The notes beneath the pieces were generated by a model, which saw only the letters and a program-made list of their open reading frames with translations, was not told where the DNA came from and ran no database searches. DNA of 57,339 nucleotides, filler included, from Basidiobolus ranarum (Eukaryota): the NCBI GenBank assembly GCA_040143965.1. It is 2 parts of 2 records of this genome, joined end to end, with 100 filler letters (N's around TTAATTAATTAA, not from the genome) between each part and the next. Parts side by side here need not be neighbours in the genome. Positions count along the whole stretch, not along the records: positions 1 to 28,664 come from JASJQH010000112.1; 1 more part is not named here. One strand, 5' to 3'. Both the position numbers and the translations under genes were made by a program. Positions 14,137 through 27,789 of the stretch are shown in pieces; the stretch's first letter is position 1, and the number at the start of each line of letters is the position of its first letter.

Positions 14137-14146
14137 TATATATAAA
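14137..14146 (+). promoter_or_regulatory. Candidate TATA box
   Basis: TATATATAAA about 40 nt upstream of ATG 14187. Confidence 0.4.
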
Positions 14147-14186
14147 TTCAGTTCTTGGCTCACACATCTCCAACACTCTTTCCAAA

Positions 14187-14777
14187 ATGAATTTTTTAAG
14201 AACTACTTTCTCTCCAGGAGTCATCACCAGGCCCATTTCACAAACAAGATATGTTTGTACTCAGCTAGGCTTTCGTTACTATTCTGGTAAGTCTACCAAC
14301 AACAAGCAAAAGGAAGATTGGATGGACGCTGAAGATACTTCCTACGTTCAAGAAGCAATCCGTTCTGTCAACGAAGAGACCATTAATATCCCTGGAGAGA
14401 CTGTCGTTCAGCCTATGGGTGATAGAGAGACTACCATAGAGGAAACTGATGAAATCCGTCAACCAGTATCACATGAAAACGTTCAGAAAGATTGGATGAG
14501 CTCTGATGAGGACAGTAGCTACGCGAAAGAAGCCATTCGTGCAGCATCACAAGAAACTTTCAGCGCTCCTACCCAATCCAATGTTCATAGTATTCACGCC
14601 CAGCCTCTGGAGACATCCCAAACCAAACCTTCGTCCCTCCCCAAGTCAGCCAAGCAAGATTGGCTTGGTGATGAGGATTCTGGCTTTGCGGATGAGGCAG
14701 TTCGTGCAGTAGAAAATGACACCATTAACGTTTCAGAAGGAACCAACGTTCAAAAGACTTCAGGAGAATCTAAATAA
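14187..14777 (+). CDS. Uncharacterised hydrophilic protein with three internal repeats and a presequence-like N-terminus
   Basis: First ATG at 14187 in AAAATG context; three DW..ED(S/T)S(Y/F)..EA(I/V)R repeats. Confidence 0.8.
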   Translation: MNFLRTTFSPGVITRPISQTRYVCTQLGFRYYSGKSTNNKQKEDWMDAEDTSYVQEAIRSVNEETINIPGETVVQPMGDRETTIEETDEIRQPVSHENVQKDWMSSDEDSSYAKEAIRAASQETFSAPTQSNVHSIHAQPLETSQTKPSSLPKSAKQDWLGDEDSGFADEAVRAVENDTINVSEGTNVQKTSGESK

Positions 14778-14906
14778 GCCTATTAACGCAGCCTGAATTT
14801 GTGTATTATATCATAATGTATTTATTTTTAAATAAATCCAACTTCCATTTTCTAGATCTAGACAACGTCACACATTGAGACTGGTTATTTAAATATTATT
14901 TACCAC

Positions 14907-16306
14907 CTACTTTTTCGCAACCATTCGCTCTAGAACGCGAGTGATTTTCTCCACCGCATCTTGAGGAATTTGGTGATGAAATACGACTCTAGCTCGGTTT
15001 TTCCCATAATCCATGATACGAATCTTGTGATCGTATAGCTCTTTAATGATATCACTCATGTTGATTCCAATCGATTGGCTACTGAAAAACACCATATTTG
15101 TGTGCACAGGACAGACCAAATCAAATCCCATTTCCGTAAGTTTACCAGCTAGACTACTTGCATTCTGGTGGTCCATTGACAGCAAGGGTAAATGTTCAGT
15201 TAAGCAGTATTCTCCAGCAGCAGCCAGAAATCCCGCCTGTCTCCATCCACCACCGAATAGTTTACGAAAATGCTTTGCTTTTTGAATGAATTTCTCATTT
15301 CCCACCAATACTGATCCGATGGGTGCACCCAGTCCTTTTGAAAAGCATAAAGACATCGAGTCAAATTGTGCACCATATTCATAAATGGGTAGATTCGAAG
15401 CAACTGAAGCATTCCACAAACGAGCACCATCCAGATGTAATTTTATTCCTCTCTCTTTAGTTAGAGCCCTGATCTTTCTAATTCAACATATTAACCAACA
15501 GTCCAAGAATATAAAATACGAGGTTTGACTTACTTGATTTCTTCCAAAGGAAAGATCATCCCGTTGCAGGTATTCTCAAGAGAAACCACTTTAGTCGGAG
15601 CATTATGAATATCCTCGTCTATCAAATTCTCTAAAATTTCTTCTGAAGTTAAATGGATTCCATTTTTAGCCACCACTGGGGTGACACCAGCTTGTGAATG
15701 AAAGGAGATACCGCCAGCTTCATAGACATATACATGTGCTCTATTATCACATAATACTGATTGTGGTGGGTCTCTCAAGTGTGTACGAAGACCCAACTGG
15801 TTAGTTAAGGTACCTGAGGTACAAAACAGTGCTGCTTCATGTCCAGATAATTGGGCCACTTTGCGCTCAAAGTTACGGATACTTTCATCTTCCTAAAAAT
15901 CCAGTTACCAATAAGTACTAAGTTTCTCTACCGAGAAAAGGTATTATCGTTTAATTGGGTTATTTTCAAGAAAGTACCCCGAAGACGTCGTCTCCAACAG
16001 AAGCGTTCCTCATAACTTTAAACATCGCTTCGGTAGGTTTAGTTACTGAATAGAGTGGTGAAAGTGAAGCATTAGTGGTTTTATTCTAAAAAGCAAAAAA
16101 CATACCCGAATCCAAAGGTTGACTTTACCTGTATCACTTCTCAAGTCCAAGTATTCCTCTCCATTAGTCACTGCTACCTTACCACTACCATAGTATTGTC
16201 TTATTTGAGCTTTTCCAACCCGTGTATAGGTTTGCTTCAAAGTAGTTGAACTACCAACAGTAGCTTTGTAGAGTAAGTTGGAAAATTTTGACAGGTTGGA
16301 CTTCAT
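14907..16306 (-). CDS. GLY1: Low-specificity L-threonine aldolase, 4 exons
   Basis: DLRSDTVTKPT, VGDDVFGED, SGTLTNQ, LENT, HLDGARLWNA, CFSKGLGAPIGS (PLP Lys), GGGWRQAG. Confidence 0.95.
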
Positions 16307-16464
16307 GGTTGATAGAAACCATACCAGTCCAGTCAATTTATATCGTAAATAGACGAGAAGCGTGAGAACAGTGTTGAGATTGATTAGGTCATGTGAATGG
16401 ATATTTATTATTAAATGAACAATCACAGTCAGATATCCTCAAAGTAGAAGGCAAGTAGATTGAT

Positions 16465-19400
16465 TTAAGCTAGATAATTATACACATTGCCATCAGATTT
16501 GTCACGTTCGAGGTAATCTCGGTCAATCAAAGATTCGATGCGCTTCTTCAAGTCAGTGGCCTATAGTTCAACGCTATGAGTGATCTAAATAGAGAGTGCA
16601 TGGTCTAGCATATATTAACTTACCTTAACTGGAAACTTCAGCTGTTCCAATAGTTCGTTTATCAGTTGTACATGATTTAAGGAACTGCGGAATTTCATGA
16701 TCCTAACAATGGCAGCATCGACCTGGGAAAGTAAAAATCATTCCGGGTAAATTAAAGTTCAAGAAAGTAAAAATCATTCCGGGTAAAAGTTCAAAATAGC
16801 GAGTAAAGTGAAGAAAGCCTACTTGATATTGTCGGTCTTGGAAGACCTTTTCGGTGGTAATGTTATTATCCTCTACAGCTTCCTCCAGTTGTACTGCATT
16901 AACCTTGATACGAAGTAAGGGAGCAGTGAATTCTTCATTTACTGTAAACAAATCGGTCTCGTTGATATGCGGATTCTTTTAAAAACAAAAGTCAATACTG
17001 TGGTTTTATGAGGGTATAGATGGCCGTGGTCTTACACTTGGATATTTCAATAAAATCTGCGTTTTCCCACATATCAATGAGGTAAGTGTTCTGTCGAGCT
17101 CGGACTTTTCTATTTGGCGACAAGAGATAAAGGTTTAGCTTGATGGTAGATGGGGTGTGAAATAACGTAATCCGTACCAATATTAGTGGCATTGAAAATG
17201 TCAAGATAGCTCAAACGATGGGTTTGGGTGTTGTTAAACAAAAACAGTATTATGGCCTGATGCAAAGATACCACCAGCTCTTTGTTACCCTAAAAGACAA
17301 ACTATATTAGCTATGCGATTCTCGTGGAGATATTGCGATAAACCACAACCTTTGGAAAGTACCCTTTCAACACACAATAGCCTAAAGACGACTGCCACAT
17401 CAAATGTCTGCCATTGTAGCGCTTATTGTAGAAATCTTTAAACATCTCTTGGTATTGTATCATCTAATATTAGTGGTGTTAGCACTTGTAAATATCTGTA
17501 GCAAACGCACGACTGAGTGTACATACTTGTGGTGGTAAATTCACGGCCATCGGTCGATACACCGGCCAAAATCCTTGGGTTAAAACCGAAACGTGTAGTT
17601 CAATATCCTTGTAAGTATCCTTATACTTCTTGGTCTACAATTATTTCCTTTAATTAGCTACGGAAGAACAAGAATCCACTGAGTATGAAATCTAACCTGG
17701 CGAAAGGAATTCATAAGATCTCTAGAGAGATTCATGTCTTTAAACATTCCTTCAAGTTTACTTGTAAATCCAGGACCACATTCTGAGTTAAAGGATATTA
17801 TATTAGAAGTGGATATGATCAATAATACCCATGCGTACTTTACCAGCTTTGAGCTTGGAAATGAATGACTTTTCCATGTCCAGCGAGATACTTTTGTTAA
17901 GTAATAGGCGTTTCGCTAGATCCCGTTTATAGAAAGCCTCGAATACGTCCTTGCCCTGAACGAATCGGAAAAGCACCAATGTTCGATTGAGCATCATATC
18001 AACCTCTGGTTCAGATAACTAAATTACAACTCTCAAGTTAATCAAACAAATCGATCATATGGTTAGTATTCGGTAGTAATGACTCACCTTATTCGTGGAA
18101 CGAAGCTTGGAGTCGATGTACTTTGCTACAAATGAGTACTTCGGGTTAGAGGTTGTCACACATGTACACTGCTTGCATACGCTTACCAATCATTTCAGCT
18201 GGCTTGTGCTGTCGGATGTTGAGGAATGATTCAAAGCTATCCTTTAACGTATTAGAAAAGCCTTCATTCTTCTGAAAAGAAGTATCGAGAATCATATCTA
18301 ATTTCTCTTTAAAGTCTACAAGATCTTGTATCATCGTACTATCTCTATTCTGATTAGTGACAATCTGCAGACCCACGCGCTAGTTATAGTGAAGTAAGTC
18401 ATAGGTTGAGAAATTACAAAGAGAATGTAAATCAGGTATACTTTGGTATAGAAGCCGAAGAAAAGACGAAGCAAATCTAGTTCACCAACTCGATCCAAAA
18501 GAATGTACAATCTAGCGAGATCAGCTCTAGCATCCGCATTAACGAGGCTTTCAAATCCTAGAGAATTTCATCAGAGCTATACCATACAAACAGGGCCTTC
18601 AAAAGAATCAATACCTTTCTCTAGTAGAGCTTTACTATGCTTTTTGACAAGTTCATGCTCAACTAGTTCGATTAGAGGCTTTCGCGTTTTTTCGTCTAAA
18701 TAGAGGGAACAGCGCTCTCTTTCCTTTGCGAGCCTCTCTTCTACGTACATCAAATATCTTGGAATTTCCATAGTGTTGATACAGTCTGATGCTACTCTTC
18801 GGTAAATCACGGTAGTGGCTTCAAGGAATGGTCTCTCAAATCCGTTGAGATAAATCCCGAGATCAGAGTACATACAAAGAAGTGACTTGAGCACTTGCGG
18901 TATACTATTAATCCATACAACAGTTATTTTCAGTAGAAAGAGAAGAATATGCTCAGCCACTACCTTTCTTTTTCAATAGAGTCAAGAATCCCTGACAAAG
19001 ATTTCTTACGAATCTCATTTGAAGTCATTAGGAACTTATTGAAAAGGTTTAATCCCATATCCCTAAGGCAGAAACAGTTATGTTTTGTTGTTATTTATCA
19101 GGGTATCTTAAAATATCATATGAATTACCATGAAGTGACCATCCCTGGTGTGTGTAGTGCAAATGTTCTATCAAGATAGAGAAAGATACTACGAATCAAA
19201 TGCTGACATAAACTCTAGTTAATGGTGATGCTAAAGAGGATAATATACTTGAATATGTTACCATCTGGGAGCGATACTGAGTCCAGCACTCGTTTAACGC
19301 TATTAAGAATGCTTCATTTGTGCTAGGGTTCCTTCATTGACATAATTACAGATTCATCAGTATTTTCTCTTCGTTTACTCTTTAGTTAATTGATTTAAAA

Positions 19401-20103
19401 ACATATTAACTCACTGCTCAAGTCGGATTCTCTCACTTGTTATGTAATTCTGACACTCCAATTCAAGATTGTCATAAAGAAAAGAGGCTTTCTTTTGAAG
19501 GCAAAGGTTTTCACACACCTAGAATAAATACATTGAAGAAGTTTAGGAAAGTTGATTTAGAACTGAGCACGATGCTAAGATAATACTTGATAAAGGTCTT
19601 CTAATGTATCCGAGATTGGTAGATTTTGTTGAATCTCATTGATTGCACGTTTTAACTTTCCCCACTGTAATAGAATGAATTCGTTTGAAACTTGAGGTGG
19701 AACTGTAAAAGCAAAAGTTCAAAAGTGAGTTCCAACTCAAAAAAAGGCGATAAACCTTTCAATATCTCGCGTAAAAAACAAGAATTTTTTCACTTTTAGA
19801 CACAAACACATACGCACCTTTTAAGGCCTTAATGGTCAATTTTTTGGTGTCTGGTTTACTACTGAGTGTGATCTGTGAGGAAGAGATCCAATTTCCTGGG
19901 ATCTGTTTGGTTGCTGAAGCCAACACCTTTAAGTCAAATTGACCGACACTCTTTCGCTTTGGTGAGGTTAAGAAACCATCATTATTATGAGCGTAAAATT
20001 GTTCGGTTTCTTTCAGAATTAGCTTAGCATTTTGTTTAGCACATTGTTCGTATTCATCATATAACTTTAATCTCTTGGATTGAGGTTCTAAATTAGTCTC
20101 CAT
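16465..20103 (-). CDS. CUL4: Cullin-4, many exons
   Basis: [35 protein letters not shown], neddylation motif [15 protein letters not shown], and C-terminal [23 protein letters not shown]. Confidence 0.93.
16727..16794. repeat. About 36-bp imperfect tandem duplication inside a CUL4 intron
   Basis: GAAAGTAAAAATCATTCCGGGTAAA occurs twice. Confidence 0.9.
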
Positions 20104-20712
20104 TTGAGATTTTGTGGTTAATAAAGCCTCTTGTCAAGGTCTATATCTATGGATGATTTTAAAGGGACTGGATATTGTTTACGTGTGGCTAAGATTGGCC
20201 ATCACTGTACCAAACAAGAGTCAAATTCTGGTAGATAAATTTTGAAAATGGTCACTTTTTGCTTGCCAAATAAAAAATCAGATTAATACAGAATACACGT
20301 GCTATGACAGATCATTTATTTTGATAATCAGCGCTATTCCTGTTCCATTTATTTTGTATGAGTTCTATCCCCCTTCCCCTTCCTTCACCGGTTTGGTTTG
20401 GTTTAGGTCAGAGAGTAGGGATTTCTGTGTAGAATGGTTGATGCGGTTGATACAGTTTAAATTGGATTAGCAGGTTGGCCAGAGCAGGTTAAATGAAACA
20501 TCTACACTGATAACCTGAAAGATTTTAACTAAAACGGGAGAATCTAATAGCCGCCAAATTGTATTACCTGGATTGATTGTAACTGAACCTCAAATCAGAT
20601 CCTGTGCATCAGGATAGCTTACAAAACCCAACTCGTGATTAATAAGCGATACGCCGTGCCGTAAGCTATGTACCAGAATTTTATGTTTTCTTTCTCACAC
20701 CTCATTGATAAG

Positions 20713-20800
20713 CACTATGTCATTCACTAATCTTCACTATGTCATTCACTAATCTTCACTATGTCATTCACTAATCTTCACTATGTCATTCACCAATCTT
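20713..20800. repeat. 22-bp minisatellite, 4 copies
   Basis: CACTATGTCATTCACTAATCTT x4 (last copy has 1 mismatch); no spacers. Confidence 0.95.
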
Positions 20801-21799
20801 CACCATTCAGACCAAGGTGGATTTGCTAATAATATCGATCATTGAGGATGCAAATGCGAGTGAGGGCGAGAGTGGATTTAACCCGGAATATTTCCGATCT
20901 GCCTAGTGATATCTAAATTAAATGCTGGTTTCTGGTTCAGCATTTCTGGTTCGTCATTTCCGCTTCAGCCTTCGCAACCTTGGCATTGGCCTATACATAT
21001 ACTCATGCCTATGCTATGCCCACACCCATACCTATGCTTGCACCCGAAACCCTCATCCTGGATTACATGATCACAGTTACTTCCTGTCCCGTAACTTTAG
21101 GCCTTAACTTCTGACCCGCCTTCATTTGTAACATCACAGGTTTTAGTGTTTCAGGTGAAATCAACGTAAACAGTTTTTGAGTTGACTCACTGAATTAATC
21201 TAACGAGGGGTGAATGATGTGGAAAGCCAGGTGGTTTTAAATGTGGTTTTAAATACATTTACAGAACATGTATTGGTCTGACACCACATCCATATCTATG
21301 TTTCACAATGGGTTTCATTGAGCGGTGGGCGGAATACAGTAAATCTAATCATGGATAGCAGTTGTAATAGAACGATTGTGCACTTGAGTTAGCGCTTACC
21401 ATTGATGATTTGGTGTTACGGGCAAGTGGGAGTTCAGTATTACACCGGACCAAACTTAATTTATTGGTCGGCTATTTTGAGCGCGATGATAATAAAACAA
21501 TGCATGTAGTTGGAGTGGTAATGAGAAATAACGTATACAAGGAAGAAATGTCTATCCGTAGGGATGACCTATTTACATTACATATCAAAATGAGAAATCC
21601 CGGCTTTGGGTCCTCAACTAGAAGGGAAGGGATATGGACCGAAGCATATCAAATTATTACAGTAGGAGCAAATCAAAGATTATAACGAAAGGGTAGTACT
21701 GGAAGTTGAACGTCCATGGATTACTTTTGAAAAGCCAGCTTAAGGCTTAGGAGTCGCAAGGGAGCGAGCAGGAAGTGTTGTCTGGGCTTGATGTTGGAC

Positions 21800-22901
21800 C
21801 TAGTTTAAGAAGACACTCTGATAGGTCTCTTGGTTTCCAGGTGAGGGCACGTACGGTGTGAAATGATTGAAATTGGAGTTGGCAGTCCGGTCTCTTGAGT
21901 TACGATGAACTCTAATGTGTTGATTCAAGTTGTCTGACCGCGAGAAGCGTTTTGTGCAAGTAGGATGTGGGCATGGAAAGGCTATGAGAAATGAAATCTA
22001 TAAGTATTTGGTGACACCAGATGATCTATTTCTTCAACTTACGTTTCTCCAGAGTATGGATCGAACGAACGTGGCGCTTCAGATGTTCTGATCTTTTGAA
22101 TACCTTTCCACAGTTTTTGTATTCGCAAGCGAAAGTTTTGTTGCATCCCTGATTCTCCTGTTTGGTAGATGCTTTGCGTCCTCTAGATCTCTTTGGGCTT
22201 TCAGGAACAGTCTGTGTATTTCCATTGTAATGCTCAATGGGAGATGAAGATTTGGTATGGGCGTCTAACACTGAATCCGCTACTGGTGTGCTTTTTACGC
22301 AGGAAGTAATCTGTAAGGAGCCTAGATCATTTGGAGAAACACAGGAATCTGATGAGGAATTGTTGCAGTTTTGTGACAACCTAGCATCGTAATACTCTCT
22401 TGAGGGTTCGATGAATCCCATGGAGGACATGTTGTCAAGAACCAAAGGGTTCTCCATTGAGAATGGGATTGGTTTCTCTTCATAGTTGCCGTAGAGGATG
22501 GAGTCACTTTCTTGGCTGTAAGTACTCGCGGGTGGGGAGGAGAGAGGAGATTCTCTCCAGAAATGGGTAAAGTCACGATTGATTGGCTCCACGAGATGAT
22601 TTGAAAATATATCATCAGGCATGAATTTAGTTGGAGTTTGAGGAGATGGTGTAGGTAAGTGGGCGAAGCCATCATAGGGGGGGATTTGGGCATCTCTAAA
22701 ATCAGATACATTGACACCAGAGAATAGTAGAGGCTCAAAGTCCTCACAAAAATTGACAAAATCCATGTTGCTTTCGAAATGAGAAGAGTGTGAATCGAAA
22801 GGACAAGACATCGGAGAGATCAGCAAAGTGTTGTCGAAAGAAGGAGAAGTACAATTGGTATGGAGGAAATGGTCGGGCATGGTTTTTATAGGCAATCGCA
22901 T
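21800..22901 (-). CDS. Two-finger C2H2 transcription factor (Msn2/Com2/Seb1-like fingers), 2 exons
   Basis: CEYKNCGKVFKRSEHLKRHVRSIHTLEK|PFPCPHPTCTKRFSRSDNLNQHIRVH; start could be 22901 or 22880. Confidence 0.9.
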
Positions 22902-24536
22902 AATGGCAGAGGCGGGATATGTAGAATGATTAAATAGATGGAGTATATTGAAAGGAATGTATAGAATAGATGTATTGAATGGGTATGTGGATGTATTGAA
23001 TGGGTATATGGATGTATCGAGTGGATATATGGAATAAGTAATCTAGTTATTGTAACGAGCATGTCGATTAGATCGTATTATGCCAAAAATCTAATATACG
23101 CTAATTCGTGCACTCTAATTCGTGTAGTTGGCCTGCTATACTTAGATCCATTTTTCTCTATTATTTTTAAAACATGCTCAGATCAATAATCTATTGTTGC
23201 TCTATAGGTTGCACAACCTAAGACCTGCTTGTTTGAGTGGCTATGAAGGTCACTTAGGAGAACATTACCAAAGATTACTTGGATCCGTACAGCTTCTGAT
23301 CTGAATTTTCCTAAACCCCATAGAGCCGTTGTTACCTAAGCGAACTTACGTAGTAGACTCACAAAGTCTTGAAAGGTAAGTAAACATTTGTCTTGATTTG
23401 GCTGTGTCACTGATTCTTTCTCTACTGAGTTGGTAGCTGTGTTGAACTGTGTTGAGCTGTGTTGTTAATGCATCTTGACTTTGCTCAATCTAAAGAGACT
23501 TCTATCGATTAACATGAACACCGGTGAAACCTTGGTATTAGAACGAGAGACTGCGTTTATCAAACCTCTGGCGCTGCGTCATGGCAAGCGTCTTCCTTGT
23601 TAACGGCTCTACCACTTAACTCTCTAACTGATTGCCATAAATGGTATGGGTGTCGCTTGCTCACTTGGCTCTCTACGAGAATCGAGAGATTGATTCCATG
23701 ATTCACTCAAATCGAATTTTGCATCAGTATGTCATAGGTGGTTTCACGCGATAGACTGTCACTACGAAGAGCATTGGATGCCAAGAAGTATCGAGATGTG
23801 CCACTTGTTGGCCAACTCTGATAATTCCCATTTCAGACATTGCGACCATTAATCTACCAAATTGGCCATTTTGTCCATATTGAGGCTGGTCCAACTTCCC
23901 ACCACTTGGTTCCATCAAGGCAATACATGTGATTTACATTGGAAAGATCTCGATATTTTAGATGGATGTTTTCCCAGTGATGAGTGGATAATATGCTAAA
24001 CTAAATTTGGAACTCCAGTTTACCCGAATGTCCAGTGTGTGCAAGGACTATTCGCTATCATGTGCTAGCTATGCAATGTATTCGAGAGAAAGGGGGAACA
24101 GGCTGTAAACCATGCATGTCAGTAGGAGAATATTCCTTGGGCTGAACGTATCCCATTGTCATGAGAATCGCATTTGCGTATTTTCATTGTCCAAAAACCC
24201 TTCTGCACGCAGAGATTTCCGACAGTTTGGATATAGATATAAATATAAAAGCAGTCACAAGAGACTATATGCTTCCTTCCAAATCAATCATTTGTTGATT
24301 TAAAGTTTGTGTAAGCATAGTACCTGTCGAGTAATACTGGACGCAGAAAGTACTTTGCAGTTTCAATACCAAATTTATATATGATAAATCTCCTGAAGGC
24401 ATCATCATTTGAGCACCTAATAACTCTTCGAGCACCCCTACATCTAAATATCCCACTTATCCACCCAATATCTCCCTTTAAATGCTAAACTGGTTTCAGC
24501 GACAGATAATGCGAAATCATTCATCATTCTTTTTAG

Positions 24537-24625
24537 AAAAGTAAATGACATAAGATTAATTGAATCCATGTTTAAAAGTAAATGACATAAGATTAATTGA
24601 ATTCATGTTTAAAAGTAAGTGACAT
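24537..24625. repeat. 37-bp tandem repeat, about 2.4 copies
   Basis: AAAAGTAAATGACATAAGATTAATTGAATYCATGTTT x2 plus a partial copy. Confidence 0.9.
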
Positions 24626-25254
24626 CCATGTTTTACAACTTTTCAAGTCAGGTTTGGTAACTATTCGTGATAATATTTGCCCTTGCTTCCCTATCAATAT
24701 CAACCGGAATTGATCATATATTACTGGAACTTGGTGTAACTGTGTGCATTCTTTTAGAGAGAATGACTCCGAATGAAGCATTAGCCCTATGATACCATTT
24801 TTGCATTTTGGACTGAGTGAAGCCGATTTATCAGCTGCTGGATTAGGATAGCATGATTGAGGCTGAAGCTGAGCTGTGGATTACTAATCTGACTTGACGT
24901 ACCACTTGTAAAAAGTATTCCGAAGTCTGACATTATGTGGAGACTTTCTTAAAGAGAAATTCGTTGACTTCCTTAGTGACATCACTTGGGTGAGAAAACT
25001 CTTGTTGGCTTAGTTAATGGCTTAAGTAATAAACTCAATGTTTGATCTGCGCAGAATATAGCAAGGATAAGCGTATGCCCACGCTTTATGATTTAATTTA
25101 GATTAGGTCAAGAATGATACCAATCTTAGGGTTTATTAGGGTTGCTACTTTAGTGGGGTCTGGGGAGGGGGATGAGAACATACGGATATGGGACAACGGA
25201 GATATTGTCTAAATCTACGAATTGGGAGTGTATTGGTGTCAGTCATGAAAATAT

Positions 25255-25995
25255 TCACAATCTTTCTGCGATTTGGTCCCAACCCCAAGTGATTTGTACA
25301 CGATCTCTATTGAATCTTAATATATCATTCCATTGGGTTGAATCTGAATATAATACCATTGAAGTCAAGGTGGCGATGAAGCCATGGGAATCGAGGAATT
25401 GGCTCAGTACAAGACAATAGAGTAGCTGATCACCAATCATTGAATTGTATCTTTCTTTGGCTTTGGTTGAGTTGAGAAATTCCTCAGCCAAGGCAAATCC
25501 AGTTTCTGATCTCCTACAGATACAGATGTTAACGAAAATCAACATCGGGGGGGGGCCAAGTGATAGAAACGATATTGGTGAATGATATCGGTAAACTGGT
25601 GGAATATTGAGTTTTGTGTCCCAGAATAGTATGCTGAGTCCAAGCGACAATGGATGATTGAAGTCCTTTTTCCCAGATTCCACTATCCTTCCCTGCGCTT
25701 GTAACTGATTCTCGACAAAGTCACGTTACTTCCATCCACGTGATCTTCATCCTAGCATACATTATTTGTATCTTTATGAAGCTCCATATGAAACTAATAT
25801 AACTCACCTTATCTTAGCAAAGTTCGTTGAATGCCAGATAAAAGCAGAAAGGATCTTCACATCGGATATTGTACCAGTAACATCCAATACCTTCTCTAGA
25901 ATTTTGCCACTTTGGCTAGTATCCGATCCCGATGCAGATGGATGGTAGAGGTGTTACGTAGATTTTAACACCTTTACTGAACTTGGAGTCTTCAT
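25255..25995 (-). pseudogene. Possible degraded gene of unknown family
   Basis: Coding-like segments with a GTGAGT...TAG intron; joining them to the 142-aa ORF needs one in-frame stop and one frameshift. Confidence 0.3.
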
Positions 25996-27789
25996 CGGAT
26001 CTATTGGGACATTTATTAAATCCTAAGGTAAGAAATATGGTTGACGTAACTCCATTGCCTACAAAGCCACTGATATGGTGCTACATCGGCAGCTCCAACA
26101 CCGTAAAGTATATATGTAGTGTTGATCAATCTCTCCATAGAAGGGCAGAATGTAAGCATAGATAGGGATAGGTGTAAGCGTTGATGTAGGTGTAGGTATA
26201 GGATCCTGATATTATGCTATTGTCCTGCAGGATTTTCCCACTTACGGCACGAAAGTTTCACGTATCGCATAGGTAAAGTACATTTTAAGCATCAGTCATT
26301 GCACTTGCTGCACTTGGGGTCACTCCATTCGTAATCCTACTTTGACCATTATAGTATATCGTCCATTGATTGGTTCAATCCATTTGTTGTTATTTATTCT
26401 TCTCACCGAGACAACCAATCATAAAGACCTTTTTAAAATTACTCGATCATGATTGGATGGTCGATTGTATGACTGAACAATATTTGGTAAGATAAATAAT
26501 GTTTCATGTTTCTTTTCTCAAAAGCTGATTATTTGTTACGATTCTAGCGAATCATGTAGCATTCTATTCTTTTTTATAGATGGTTTCTTCAGCTATGCAA
26601 TTCCTCATTCTCTATTCTTGATCCATCGTTGTCTTAGTATTACATTGCCTGTTAAATACTAGGCGATGGTGTAATGCTAGTCATCATGTGTTGACACCGC
26701 TTGCTCCAATAGTACCGTCCTTCTAGAACCCCCCTAAAACCAATTACTTTCTATTTGGGCTCCAAAGCCATGAGGTCAACATACTGGTAAAGCGTATTTG
26801 GATAAGGCGAATAATCAGCCAAATAATCAGGGCAAACAGATTCAAGGCTATCTTTTAGTGGATGGGGTTAAGATGTTAATGTATCTACTTTCAAATGAGA
26901 TACACCGTGAAACAGTAAGCAAAACCATGGAAATTATCGATATTGGCTCACTCAGGTTTGATTCAGTTGAACAATTGATAAACACCCTCACACTACCTTC
27001 ACATTCCCCAGTTTGACGGTTGAGAAAAATGTCCAAATTTAGAGGGGAATGCTCTCCATATAGAGCAATGGTTAATCAAGTAGCATTCGAGTTTGAGCAG
27101 TAATTGTTTCGATTGTGAACAGAAGGTTCATTGGTTGTCAAATATTCGGGTCCTTTCTTGGAGCAGGTTGGACTACTCATACGGAGCTTAGATATCAAGC
27201 TATGCAAATAACTAGTATTTTAAAGGGGATTTTTGGTAGGTAAGTGGTTATATAATATCGTTGGTAGGTGAGTCAATATAGTTGTTACATAATATTTGCT
27301 ATATCGTAGAAAAGTGATAAAATAAACTGAGAGGGAATTTTTGGTCAATCGTCAGAGCGATGTCTTTCTTGCTTGTCATCAACTTCAACCAGTTGAAATC
27401 ACTGTGGTAGACTGCAGATTGATGGAGATGGCATAGATTACTAATAACTCTGTAACATCAAGATAGCAACGAGGCATTCAATTAACTATAGGCAATATCT
27501 AACTGGTAGAGTTACCTGGAACTAATCCCCTAACCCTCCCCACCTTTTTGAAACTGTTGAGTGATACTTAGTAAGAAAAAGGTCGCAAAGAGATACAAAG
27601 TATAATGAAATCCATCGGAAATATACTGGAGTCTTAGATTCAAGGTATATTGATTGAGCTTATTCATAGAAGATAAAGTTTTGTTAGACAAAGTTTGTAT
27701 TTACATTCACTATATCGTCAATCATATTTTAACTAAGATCTCAAATATCTGATGCTCAAGAGATCGAGTGACTAGTAAGAAAGTATATA

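Noticed and set aside
20713-20800. 22-bp repeats as a CRISPR array
   Set aside because: Head-to-tail with no spacers, eukaryotic context, no cas genes.
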